Shown: positions 1-12,829 of the stretch, in pieces
Layout of the letters: each line of letters starts with the position of its first letter
Position numbering within the stretch: position 1 is the stretch's first letter
Position numbers and translations under genes: made by a program
The notes under the pieces: model-generated
Database searches by the model: none
The model's input: only the letters and a program-made list of their open reading frames with translations
What the model was told of the DNA's origin: nothing
NCBI GenBank assembly: GCA_951406725.2
Contig: OX597833.1
Span: 35,278,001-35,342,000, forward strand
DNA from: Octopus vulgaris
Taxonomy: Eukaryota
Direction: 5' to 3'
DNA: 64,000 bases

Positions 1-124
1 CAAAAGAGACCGATAGAATAAGTACTGGGCTTACAAAGAATCAGTCCCGGGGTCGATTTGCTCGATATATATACATATATATACATATATATGTATATAT
101 GTAGATATATATACATATATCTAC

Positions 125-169
<45 letters not shown>

Positions 170-300
170 CGTATATAAGCCTAGCACATATTCTATCGGT
201 CTCTTTTGCCGAACTGCTACGGGAAGGTAAACACGCAAAACGTCAGTTGTCAAGCGAAGGTGTGTGGGAGGGGAGGACAAACAAAGACACAAATAACAAA
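1..300. mobile_element. Two oppositely oriented fragments of SINE family A (3' half) around a degenerate (TA)n
   Basis: 1-65 (caaaagagaccgatagaataagtact...ggggtcgatttgctcga) matches the + copy at 24838-24905. 178-300 (attctatcggtctcttttgccgaac...) matches the - copy at 31650-31760. Confidence 0.8.
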
Positions 301-330
301 CAAACACATACATACATACATACATACATA

Positions 331-585
331 CATGGTGGCTGCCCTCTCGTTATCAAATATGGCCATTGAACAAAGCTTAATCAATGTTGTTATCGTGCAA
401 TGCCTGTGCAAGAATTTTTTTTTTTTAAGTGAGGAAAGGCTGTGCACTGAGTCAATCCCACTCACTAAGCAGCCATAATCCGAAAAGAAGAACAAGTCAA
501 CATCATCGGTAACCACTGAGCCGCAGGTTTTATGTCGGAGTTATCCCAGTTACCTGAGTTACCTTCTAGAAGTATGCCCTAACAT
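331..585 (-). mobile_element. Short non-autonomous retroelement, possibly RTE-derived, with (ATGT)n tail; copy 1
   Basis: Close match to 22957-23215. The minus strand ends in (ATGT)n and carries an agaaggtaactc...aaacct segment reminiscent of RTE 5' UTRs (family assignment is inference). Confidence 0.65.
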
Positions 586-646
586 GGGCAACGAGTTGTA
601 CTGGGTTACATGTTACCAGTAGCACTCGAAAGTGACCTGACATACA

Positions 647-682
<36 letters not shown>

Positions 683-684
683 TA

Positions 685-804
685 TACGACGGGCTTCTTT
701 CAGTTTCTTATGTCCACTCACAAGGCTTTGTGTCCAAGGTGCCACGCAGTGGGACCGAACCCGGAACCATGTGGTTGGAAAGCAAGCTTCTTAACACACC
801 GCCA

Positions 805-807
<3 letters not shown>
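685..807 (-). mobile_element. SINE family A, 5' half (tRNA-like head)
   Basis: Matches 31830-31960; B-box-like ggttccgggttcggtccc on the minus strand. Confidence 0.75.

Positions 808-878
<71 letters not shown>
808..878. repeat. (TA)n microsatellite
   Basis: Perfect TA run. Confidence 0.95.
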
Positions 879-879
<1 letters not shown>

Positions 880-1064
880 CGGGACGCTTTATGAAAATAA
901 ACAAAAGGCAGGTGGAATACAAACAAACGATTGTATTAGTATGGCGCTCAGGAATATAAATAAAACAAGTCTTTTACGTTTCGAGCCTACGCTCTTCAAC
1001 AGAAAGATACACAGAAAAGAAACAAGGAGAGAAAAAAATGCGTGCAGAAGCTAGCGAATCAACA
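878..1064 (-). mobile_element. Short HHR-bearing repeat (family H1), copy 1
   Basis: Reverse complement of 4228-4490 and similar to 29060-29260. Flanked by TA runs. Contains an HHR-like motif at 970-1007. Confidence 0.8.
970..1007 (-). ncRNA. Minimal type I hammerhead-like motif, variant core CUGUUGA
   Basis: Minus strand: tcttt-CTGTTGA-a-GAGC-gtag-GCTC-GAAA-CG-TA-aaaga (stem I tcttt/aaaga; stem II GAGC/GCTC). Confidence 0.55.
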
Positions 1065-1094
1065 TATATATATATATGCACACACAATGTATAT

Positions 1095-1290
1095 TTTATA
1101 TTTTACTTGTTTCAGTCATTAGACTGTGGCCATGCTTGGAGAATTTTCAGTTGCATGGGTCGAACCTAGTACCAGTTGCATGAACCTAGTTCTATTGCAC
1201 TCCTTTTTGTGGAACTGGTAGGTTGCGGCAATGTAGACTTACAAACACCAGTTGTCAGGCTGTGGTGTGGAACAAACACTCACACACACG
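1095..1290 (-). mobile_element. SINE family A, degenerate 3' half
   Basis: ttttacttgtttcagtcattagactgtggccatgc matches the family A 3' end (30330-30370, 31560-31600). Confidence 0.65.
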
Positions 1291-1345
1291 CACTTACACA
1301 CAAACACACATGAATAAATATATAAATAAATGAATAGATAAATCA

Positions 1346-1407
<62 letters not shown>

Positions 1408-1409
1408 AT

Positions 1410-1922
1410 AAGGAATTCCAACCTTGTCTGATTTTCACGTTTTATTTACAATCTTATAATGATATATTATAAGATAATATATTATAATTGAATAAAATAA
1501 AATGAAATAGTAGAATGTTAAATGTTCATTCTGATAGAACTAGTACTTTCATGCATTGAATTCTGCAATCTTCGGGTTCATGTAGTAGTGTTGACAGTCA
1601 TGCTTCACAATTTTTGACTGTAGCAAGATGATTCGGTGCTATAAATACAGCTGGGTAGGCTCCAGGAGCCTACCCAGCTGTATTTATAGCACAGAATCAA
1701 TCATCTTACTACAGTCAAAAATTGTGAAGCATGACTGTCAACACTACTACATGAACCCGAAGATTGCAGAATTCAATGCATGAAAGTACTAGTTCAATCA
1801 GAATGAACATTTAACATTCTACTATTTCATTTTATTTTATTCAATTATAATATATTATCTTATAATATATCATTATAAGATTGTAAATAAAACGTGAAAA
1901 TCAGACAAGGTTGGAATTCCTT
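1410..1922. repeat. ~510-bp near-perfect palindrome (fold-back element), centre at 1664
   Basis: aaggaattccaaccttgtctg... mirrors ...cagacaaggttggaattcctt. Centre is ctgggtaggctcc-a-ggagcctacccag. Only a few substitutions and one 4-nt indel between arms. Confidence 0.95.
1752..1796 (+). ncRNA. Minimal type I hammerhead-like motif (mirror copy on - strand at 1536-1580)
   Basis: tgaac-CCGAAGA-t-tgca-gaattcaa-tgca-t-GAAA-GTAC-TA-gttca: 5-bp stem I, palindromic GTAC stem III loop, U4C core variant. Confidence 0.6.
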
Positions 1923-1958
1923 TTACTAATATATTCTTCTATACACAATCACCCCCCC

Positions 1959-2007
<49 letters not shown>

Positions 2008-2159
2008 TTTGAAAATGAGGGTGAGAAATTTGATATTAATTTAATCAATATCAATTTCACACCAGTGGTCTAGCAAAGCGGATCTTCTTCTAGGATAAGG
2101 GCATCCACATAGTGGTTTTGGTTTCCTTCTAATATGTATATATATATATATATATATTT

Positions 2160-2270
2160 ACGACGGGCTTCTTTCAGTTTCATTCACATGGCTTTGGTCA
2201 GCCCTAGACAATAGTAGAAGACACTAACTCAACTGCCATGCAGTGGAACTGAATTCGAAACTATGTGGTG
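2160..2270 (-). mobile_element. SINE family A, degenerate 5' half
   Basis: tacgacgggcttctttcagtttc...gcagtggaactgaattcgaaactatgtgg matches 685-780. Confidence 0.65.
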
Positions 2271-2487
2271 TACATATTTATATGTTTTCTATATATACAT
2301 TTCTATACATAAAACACACTACACAAACACACAGACACACAAATATATATTTATTTACATATGCTGCATACACATAGTTTGATATGCATATTTCTGCGTG
2401 ACTGTGTGCATGCGTGCATTTGAGAGTGTGTACATATGCATTCATGTTAGTGTATGTGAGTGTGTGTGTGTATATCTCTCCCCTCCA

Positions 2488-2528
<41 letters not shown>

Positions 2529-2604
2529 CATATATATATGTTTATATATATATATGTATATATATAAATATATATGTTTACATATATATACATATATATA
2601 TGTT

Positions 2605-2666
<62 letters not shown>

Positions 2667-2702
2667 TATCAGCATATGTATTTAGATATCAGTATATGTA
2701 TT

Positions 2703-2789
<87 letters not shown>

Positions 2790-3397
2790 ATATATGTATG
2801 TATTTACATAAATATATCTGTATATTTGTATATATGCATACATGTGTGCTCGTGTAGTTTATACACACATACATATATAGGAATACATGAATATATACGC
2901 TTATGTAGCAGTAACCTGATTTGCTTGAGCTCATTAGTAACAAAAATCAAATACAAATATATGAATATGAAATATATTTGATAATTGCTCCCAAAAGATC
3001 TTAATTTATTTTATTCTGTCTGGGAATGTTAATTCACTTAGAACTCTGCATCTTTGAAATTCATAATACAGTTCAAGTTTAACTTTATAAAAGTTATAAA
3101 AAAAAATAAATAAAACCCACACCCACACTTTCTTGTTTTTTTTTCTGGTTTTTAGGTTTCTGAGAAAATTTGCTGTTTTACTAAATACTGTCAGTTTCTA
3201 CATATGATTATTCTACAATAATTCTTTCTTTAATCATACAGTTTTGCAGATTTTTCTGCAGTAGTTGCGTATTATTTCTTTAAATTTCAGGGAGTAAAAG
3301 GAGTAAATTTTAGGAGTAGTCACATAACATGATATGTTCCCTACAGGATGGAACACTAAGTATTTCTATAGATACCTGGCTCTTAAACTAAATGATA

Positions 3398-3492
<95 letters not shown>

Positions 3493-3510
3493 ATATATAT
3501 ATATATATAT
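3398..3510. repeat. (TATC)n + (TA)n microsatellite
   Basis: Direct observation. Confidence 0.95.
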
Positions 3511-3637
3511 TTCCTGATTTCTTTTGAATGAAACCGTTCTAGTTCTGTAGAAGCTCCTTCTACAAAATAAATTAATTTACTCTGCTATGTATTGAGTACC
3601 TTATTTACTGTGGTTAACTCCGACTCAACCCGGGACC

Positions 3638-3700
<63 letters not shown>

Positions 3701-3809
3701 TATATCATATATAATATATATATGTATATATTTATATATTACACACATATATATATATATATACATATATATGTATATATATATATATATACGCATATGT
3801 TTATGTGTC

Positions 3810-4010
3810 TCCCCCTCTCCCTCTATCCTCCCTCCTCCTCTCCCCTCCTCTTCTCCTCTCCTTCATTCTCCCCTTCTCTCCCCTCCTCTTCTCCTCTCCT
3901 TCCTTCTCCCCCTTCCCCCTCCTCTTCTCCCATTTCTTTCTCCCCCCTCACCCTCACCCTCCCCTCTCTCTCCCCCTCTCTCCCCCCTCTTTCCTCATCT
4001 CCTCTCTCTA
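3810..4010. repeat. Polypyrimidine (CT-rich) low-complexity tract
   Basis: Near-pure C/T run; source of the Pro/Ser/Leu pseudo-ORFs. Confidence 0.9.
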
Positions 4011-4227
4011 CACTACACCCTACGACTTTACACATCACATCATATATACATACACACGTCCAGACCTCTCATACGCACTAATACTCTCTCACACACACAC
4101 ACACACTCTTCTCATACACACACACACACTCTTATGTTGGAGCGAGGTCATTTAACCCTATTATCTCCCCTAATTTCGCTCTTGCGTCTCACGTTTGATC
4201 TTTGACTTCTGGCCGAAATCAGATCGC

Positions 4228-4490
4228 CATGTTGATTCGCTAGCCTCTGCACGCATTTTTCTCTCTCCTTCTTTCTGTGTTTCTTCTCTGTGTATCTTTC
4301 TGTTGAAGAGCGTAGGCTCGAAACGTAAAAGACTTGTTTTATTTATATTTCCTGAGCGCCATACTAATACAATTGTTTGTATTCCACCTGCCTTCGTCTT
4401 TTGTTTATTTCCGTAAACCTGCCTTCGTCTTTTGTTTATTTCCGTAAACCTGCCTTCGTCTTTTGTCTATTTTCATAAAGCTTCCCGTTA
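4228..4490 (+). mobile_element. Short HHR-bearing repeat (family H1), copy 2, with internal ~31-bp tandem triplication
   Basis: HHR-like motif at 4295-4332 (tctttCTGTTGAaGAGCgtagGCTCGAAACGTAaaaga). The unit acctgccttcgtcttttgtttatttccgtaa occurs about 3 times at 4387-4478. Confidence 0.8.
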
Positions 4491-4944
4491 TACATATATA
4501 TATACGCATATGTTTGCACACAAACAGATACACGCATGCACACACATATATATGCATATATGTATATATGTATTCATGTATGTATATGTAAATATGAACA
4601 CTGATGCGTAAAATAAATTTTGAATGAAATTGACGCATACACACACATACAAACACACACTAACACACACATATAAAACAAAAAATACATGTAGTGATAA
4701 TTACATCTTCATTATAGATCTCACTTTATAAAGCCGATAATTGTTTCTATTGTATTAATATATATGTATGCACAATCATTGAAATTCGAATTGAAATCTA
4801 TGAAACATTTCCAGTACACAAGCGCTCACAAGAGGAACGCTTTGAGAGAGTTCAATCCAATCCAAGACATTTCTGTATTTAACAATGATAACGTTAGTTA
4901 TCATTGTTAAATAATAATAGAAATAAAAAATAAACATATTTAAT

Positions 4945-5170
4945 AAAGGCTAGTTTTGTATTCAATCTTTAGTGACGCCAGTGGATAACCAAATAATAAA
5001 AACAAATATAAAATTCTACATTATGACGTTTCGAAAAAAGAAATATAGTCTAAAAAAGGCGATTTCTGTATTCAACTATTGGTGACGTCACTGAATAACT
5101 GAAAATTATAAATAGGCATAACACTTCTATGATACGACAATTAGAAAGGTAAAGATTTTATGTCACAACA
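4945..5170 (-). repeat. Degenerate ~110-bp tandem duplication just 3' of the Penelope ORF (pLTR-like), with a half-hammerhead
   Basis: aaggc..tt..gtattcaa....gtgacg.ca.tg.ataac appears twice. The minus strand reads cGAAA-CG-TC at ~5025-5033, but no intact CUGANGA was found upstream. Confidence 0.45.
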
Positions 5171-5262
5171 ATTTGTTATCAATTTATTAAATGTAGTAAA
5201 CCTTTTAGAAGAATTAAGGTTATTATATAATATATGAAAAACTATTATAATTAAGAATTGAA

Positions 5263-6196
5263 TTAGTTGAGTGTCTTTCGAAATTTATGGCAACATTTTA
5301 TTCTAAAGCTCCCTTTAAAATTCAATAAAATTAATTTAGAGGTAATTATATTATACATTTCTTCAAGGCAAAGATCACATGTAGATTCACCAATATTGTG
5401 CGATGGTGTATAACTAATAATAGACCACTGCAAACCATACTTAATGTTCCTATCTTTTAAACCCCATATGCATTTTCTAAGATTTGTAGAATTGCTTTTA
5501 CTTCTATTCTTAAATGACGAAGAATGATTATGAAGTTGTAGCATATGAACGAGCGTAATAATACTTCCGACCCCCTGATATTACTTGACACTGATAGACT
5601 ATATATTCCCTTAAACACTGATTTTCTACAGGACATACAATTTTGTTTTTAAAATTACGCAGGCATTTATTCATTTTTATATGATACTCATAGTTAAAAG
5701 AAATTCTACAAGGTGGGATTATTATTATTATTTCAATTAACAATAATTTTAGGCGATAGCTTAACTGTATTATAACAGCCGTAATTACTTAGAGAATTGA
5801 AACCGAGTTCAGAAAGTTTATCATTAGACTTAATTTCACAATAGACATTATCTATTCCACTCTTGTTCATAGATTTAGAATTAAGATATACCCTAATTTT
5901 CCGTTTATTGTGTGCTGCTATAACCTCTGCTAAATTTCTGGTGGTTGAATATGATAACTTTATAGTATGCCGATTAAATAATTTCCCATATCTAATTGAA
6001 GGTAGGAAATACGTATCTAGTGTAGCAAAGAATTTTCGAAGGATATTGGTAACTATTGAATATGAGAATGGGGCATTATACTAAATAATATTTTTGATCT
6101 ATTCTTTCTATTATTTATATGTACATTTTACTTAGTATTAATTTCATTAATATTGGATTTTTTCCTACCATAATTTTTTTCTCAATTTTATAGTTG

Positions 6197-6246
<50 letters not shown>

Positions 6247-6990
6247 GTTGATGTTGTTGTTGTTGTTGTTACTATTTATACCAACATGTATTCTACATCT
6301 AGAAATTTAGACCGGTATTTTTTAATAATATGCTCATCTTCAATGCTTAGTGTTTTGCTTATCAAGTTTGTATCAGATTGCTTAATACATTTACTGCTAT
6401 CTAAATTTTATATGTTTATTATACTCCGACATATTTAATATTCTATAATTTCCAGGACTTTTACTGTTATTTTGATTCTGGACATAATAAATTTTAGCTT
6501 TGCATCCAACTTCAAATAATGCGTAGCCACAGTAATTTAGATTTTGTTCAAATATATTACCATTAGCCGAAAGTCTCAAAGTACGAGTAGATATATTTTT
6601 AAGGATATACTTTATTATGCGTTTTGGATGACTGGAATTTTCATTTACGTATTGTTAAGCACTCATTTGCCTTGTGATATAGTTGGTATAGTTCATTACT
6701 TAAATCAAGAGTAACATCAAGGAGGTTAAACTTAGTGTAGTTATTTTCTATAGCGATAGAGAGACCAATACTCTTAAAGAATCTGACAAGATTTCTTCTA
6801 GATCTTTCTAAATTAACCTTATTAAATCTATATATACTGAACAGAGCGTTATCTTTATATAACCCACCTACTAATTCGGGAAGTTCTCTATGTATAAAAT
6901 TAAGAATATAAATACCAACTAAATCGGCTACTTGAGCCGAGTTACCGGCCCCATAGTAATGTCGAAATAATCATGTCTATCGTTCCTAGA
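5263..6990 (-). pseudogene. Decayed Penelope-like retroelement ORF (RT C-terminal half + GIY-YIG endonuclease)
   Basis: Minus-strand peptides: YFDITMG, VADLVGIYIL...VGGLYKDN (decayed RT catalytic motif), FLDVTLDL, YNAPFSYSIVTNI...KLFNRHTIKLSYS...HN, CPVENQCLREYIVYQCQV, and SFKN...IWGLKD..IKYGLQWSII...CDLCLEE (PLE endonuclease C-terminus). Many stops and frameshifts; interrupted by (TTA/GTT)n at ~6193-6270. Confidence 0.85.
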
Positions 6991-7089
6991 CTGGTGCTTA
7001 TCAACATATTCAATTATATATATGTGTGTGAGTGTGTGTGTAAACATATATATATAAATACATATACAAATACATATACACACATATAT

Positions 7090-7179
<90 letters not shown>

Positions 7180-7248
7180 ATATATATATATTTTGTTTTT
7201 GGATTTGGTTTGCAAGATGCTTTATATGAGTTCGTGTGTTGAAGCATA

Positions 7249-7939
7249 TTCTGTTGTGTCTGGGGAGAGTCATTTTCTCTTTGTGCCTTATAATGTAACA
7301 CACTCACTGGTAAAATTTCCACTTTTTTCTAATATATTTTTTCTGTATGTAAGCATATATATATGAAATAAACAGATCAACATAAAAGACGGATAGGTAC
7401 ATAGGCTATATGAACAGACACATATGGAGACACGGATCAACACATATAAAGATGCACATCCAAATATACAAAGATGGTACATAGTTCCATAACACACACT
7501 CACACACACAGAGACATGCACACACAAGGAGACAGAGGTGCATACATATACAAACACATGCTCACACACACATACATAGAAAATACACAAACACGGTCAT
7601 GCAAGCACATAAATATGCAGGATACGTACATACAGATACACACACATACATATATACATATGCATACACACACATATATACATACATACACATGCAAACA
7701 TACACATACATACATACGTACATGCATAGGCACACACACACACACACACATGCGCACAAACAAACAAAAGGAAACGCAGTGTAAGTAGCGGACAGAGTCA
7801 AGACTATTGAAAAGGCTGCAAGACGCAACGAACATTTTAGGAAAATAAAAATAAGAAAAAAGTGGAAATTTTACCAGTGTGTGTGTTACATAATAAGGCA
7901 AAAAAAGAAAATTATTCCCCCCAGACACAACAGAATATG
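7249..7939. repeat. ~85-bp inverted repeat pair (7249-7330 and 7857-7939)
   Basis: ttctgttgtgtctgggga...taatgtaacacactcactggtaaaatttccactttt mirrors aaaagtggaaattttaccagtgtgtgtgttacataat...ccccagacacaacagaa. Confidence 0.8.
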
Positions 7940-8680
7940 TATATATATGTATATGTATATGCATCATTATCTTTTTAACGTCCACTCTTCCAAGTTTCGC
8001 GTGTTCGACGGAATTTGTTGTGGTAAAACTTTTACATCTAGCGCCCTCCGCTCTCCAACACTCACATGTTTTACTAGATAGGTAATATCTCCTCTTCGCT
8101 AGACATATTTTAATGGAAGTCTAGAAGTGAACGACATTGCTTCTATGACTGCGATGTGCATTTAAAATCGTTTCGTGCTGTTAAGCCAAAGGCACACGCA
8201 AACATACAAGCAAATACATACATACATACATACATACATACATACATACATACATACATACATACATACATACATACATACATACGTATGTGTGAATGTT
8301 GGCCTAAATGAATGTTGGTGTTATTTTAACTGTGAATCTAATTAACTCGCGCAGTTTCTTTTGTTTCATTTTGCGGCTGTTAATGTCCTGTGTAACATTG
8401 CAATTTCACTTATACAGTAACAAGCTTGTGGGAATAAATGTTTGGAAATGTTGAATTAAAGCCCTGGGCATGCACCATATAAAACCCCCCAAATTAAAGG
8501 GTTTTCAAAGACTATACTAAGCTTAATCTACCCGAGGTTTGATATTCAAATAAGATAGCTTGGATGACTGTAACTTTTTTTGTATAACGACTTTAGAATA
8601 TTTTTGCCCACCTGTAACATTTCTAACAAAGCATTTTACTTTTAAAACACCCATTTACTTGATTTAGATATTGGTGTCAT

Positions 8681-8866
8681 ATTTGGACACAAGACCAGCA
8701 AGATCGGAAGAGGAGGCTTGTCGATTACATCGACTCCAGTGCCCGGCTAGTACTTATCTTATCGACTTCCGAGTGGATGACGGGCAATCGACCTCGGTGG
8801 AATTTGAACTCAGAACGTAAAGACGTATTATATACCGTCAAGCTAATGATTGTGTCCTGTCACCGC
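8681..8866 (-). mobile_element. SINE family B (tRNA head + Meta/MESC-like domain), degenerate
   Basis: cgacctcggtggaatttgaactcagaacgt is the reverse complement of the family B B-box region (35355-35380). Confidence 0.7.
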
Positions 8867-9599
8867 GTTAACTACTTTAAATATTATTGTGAGAGTGCAC
8901 GATATTTCCAGAAGGTAGTTTATTTTCCCAAAGTTTGATAGCTAACTTCATGGTATATTACATGAAAAGAATTTTAAAACTCTAAAGAAGTATATTGATT
9001 GGGTGAGGGTGCAACTATTGTTATAAACTGTTTCAGAAGTTGAAAATCATGGGTGCTGTAGATAAAATTTCTGATACATGGGATGGAGTTATACCCTCAG
9101 ATGACCGGATAACATGTCTGTCGGTTACGTAGCAGAGTCCTCGAAGAAGTCGTAGAAGATGATCGAGTTGCTGGAATCCACTAAGCATAGTTTGCCTAAT
9201 GAGGGGCTGATACTGTTAGAACAAGAGTGAATAACATAACAAGTGGCTCCATTCATTTCTGTAAAGGGTTCACATTTATAATTCAAGGTTTGCAACTCTC
9301 TGCTAATGACATGCATAATCATGAATGTAACATCAGCAACACAAGAGGACTGTATGATCTCGGTCAGTTGATAGGTCTACATTTACAAGCAAGAGGTGAA
9401 ACGTTAAATAACTTCGAACATGTTCTTTACAACAAAAACAAGCAATGGTGATAATCTTTGAGCTAGAAGATAGGGCACCTATTTGCATAACTCCCATTGT
9501 GCCACATCTCAAGACAAAGCGCATAATTTAGTTTGTAGTCAGAATTTTATAACGATATTACTGCATTTATTTATTCTCTTAAATTCAAATGATGTGTGC

Positions 9600-9677
<78 letters not shown>

Positions 9678-9699
9678 ATATATAATATGTATGTATGTA

Positions 9700-9741
<42 letters not shown>

Positions 9742-9887
9742 AGAATATATATATATAAAAAATTCATATGTATCTTTATATATCATATACATATATATTC
9801 ATATATATATGTAAACATATTTATGTTTATAGATATATAAATATATATATGTATATGTATATATGTTAATATATATATACATATATG

Positions 9888-9947
<60 letters not shown>

Positions 9948-10364
9948 TATACTGGTATGTTTATAAATACGCGCGTTTGTGTTTAAGTGTGTGTGTGTGT
10001 GTGTGCGTATGTGTCTAGACGTGTCCCCGCGTGTCTGTGTGTGTGAACACTGTATTGTCGGTGTTTGAAAATTGCTGCTTAAAAGAAGTTGCATTATCTG
10101 TTTATTGTTTCGAAAAAATTCGGTCGGAACGCATCACATACAATTTCTTAATTAAAAATCAATAGAAAAATAAGTTGTGCGTTACAGAATTCTGCGACAC
10201 AGCAAGATTTTCTGAACTTGGAATTCCACAACGTTGCAAATATCTGAACAGATGCGCGCGCAAACACAGACACACACACGCGTGCATATATATACTTATA
10301 TATGTATGTGTCTATACCTATATCAATCTATGTATGTATGTATCTATATCCATATCTATATCTA

Positions 10365-10498
<134 letters not shown>

Positions 10499-12829
10499 AA
10501 CATTTATATGAATGTCTGTGCTTGAGTGCGTGTGTGCTAAGTATAAAACTAACACTTTTTAATAATTATATTATGTATTCACCCACATACACCCATACAT
10601 ACATTCACGCATATATACATACATTCAAGCATACATACATGCATACATACATGCATACATACATTCCCGCGCACATACATCCTTCCATACATACATTCAC
10701 GCACACATACATGCACATACGCATATACGCATATACGCATATACATATAATTTAAAATCTAACGAAGTCGGAATTTTACATTTTTATATTCTTGTAGTTT
10801 CTCAACTACTTTTTGTTTTAAACAAACGTCAGCTGGTATTATACGAAGCAACAGTAACTATTACTAAATGAATATTTACATAACAGTAATTAATATGAAT
10901 ATCATTGTTCATTCAAGGTTTAAACTCATCAACAAAATTCTTTTCTTTCTCCTTTTCTTAAACGTCATTTGAGTTATAGATATAGAATGGAGAATATCAT
11001 TTTAGCGCAGTATATTTCCAAACGATTACATAACGGGATCTGCCTGATTGGTGGATGCGTAATTTGTTGCCTGTATATTCCCATGTGTTTTGATATTGAA
11101 TTTTCAATTTAGCCAATACTTTTCTTCCGATCTTTGTGTTGTTGTAATGACCAGCGTATATTAATTGACAGGTAATACAATGATTCTCAGTGCATTTATC
11201 TTACTGTGAGGTTTTAATCGTCGTCTCTGTGATCAAATTTTGCTGTGTTCATAAATGCTTCAAAATTTTAATTTGCCTCTTACTTTCAACAAGCGTTCCA
11301 TATGATTTCCTCTTCCTCTATCTTGTGCTGCTCGAAATTGTACAGATATAGGGGTTGCATATTCTCTATCTTTTTGTACATGCGGGGGTTGATATTTTTG
11401 TTTAAGTAGAAATCTTTTGAGTTCTCAACAATTTTACAAATTTTCTTTACTAGTCAGTACAGAATGTTGCATTTCGCATATGTTGGATGACCTGTTTTAA
11501 AGTTCAGGTACTGATACATGTCCCTGTCTTTTATAAAGTGGGAACTTGGTAAGGAGATCAATGCATTAGTTTCGATGAGTATTTCTTCCTTAGGTGAGGT
11601 GAAGTTCGTTTTGTTTGTCAGGGATTTATCATATATACCATATATATAGAGCATAAAGAATTTTTGTATACCTCCCTCTAGTTATTGACGGTTGACTATT
11701 CCGAGATTTTAGTCCTTTCGCAAAAAGCTGAATTCCTCATTATCCAAATTATTTTTTGTCAAATTAATACTTTTGGGTCTTATTCCTTTAATTCTTGCCA
11801 AACTGTTTCCTTTTCCTTTCTTTCACTTTTCTGGTTATTCATAGATTAAAAGGGAATCCGTCTCTATTGTTTGGTCTCGTGTGTTGTTCTATGCGCTTTG
11901 TCGTTGTGTTTGACCTTAATTCTCTATATTCTATATCCTGTTCCAAGTCTAGAATATATTGTTTGTCCTTTTTATCCCACATTTCACTACCTGAGAAACC
12001 ACTGTAGGTTTATACGCTGGGGTGAGGAAACGTTCTTGGCTTTGGATAAAAGAAGATACAGGAGAATTAGTTAATTATGATTTTATTCAACATATTCTGC
12101 TCTCAGATTCACATACTTATTGTAGCGATCTTTCAATTTGCTATGCCCTGTAAATCAACTTGGAAATTTTGGTCTTTAGCCAGGCCTTTGGTGTTACCTT
12201 TAAAGCCCGGAACTTTTCAATACCCCCTCATGTATAGATCTAATGTGATTTTTCACCGTTTTCTAAGCAAGCCGTCTTTGACTGGATCTTGGAAGTAATT
12301 TACCCACTTTTCTTTCTCTAGTATTTTGACTTGCAATTTTGTCGAAACAAAAGGCAATTTTAAGTGTGCCTTTTACATATACTAGAACGTTTTCATGGTA
12401 GTGAGGAGCGCTTACCACAGTTCCCAGCATATTCATCAAGAAGCAATTGTTATTGTTGTCACAAGAGTCTGGATTTCTTTTCTTCTTTGGAAATGTCCCA
12501 AATCCATAATTTTCACATTTCTTCAGTTATATTTCTAGTCATCGTTTTTGATATTACCTTTAGGATTTAACAATTAATAGCTTCGTATTTTGCTTTGAAA
12601 CGCGATTGCTGACATTGGATCATATAAATATTCGTTGAATTTGGTAATCTTAAGTCCCTACTCGAATTTCTTTCCATGTACTCGTGGATTACCATATATA
12701 CTCGTGGGTTACCATACCTTTTTAGCAAAAAAAGTAATTCAAGAACTACCAAAATACCGATATTCTTCATAATTTTATTCACCACGAAAAGAGGGAGGAA
12801 GATTTCCACGACATAGGAAGGAAGGATGG

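Noticed and set aside
4387-4478. Three ~31-bp direct repeats as a CRISPR-like array
   Set aside because: There are no spacers; it is a tandem duplication inside a eukaryotic repeat.
9100-9570. Short overlapping ORFs in complex sequence, possibly an exon or DNA-transposon relic
   Set aside because: No recognisable motif or consistent splice signals.
10900-12810. Pyrimidine-skewed stretch resembling a decayed minus-strand LINE
   Set aside because: Only faint motif echoes (e.g. HSKINAL); the family and boundaries cannot be supported without an HMM search.
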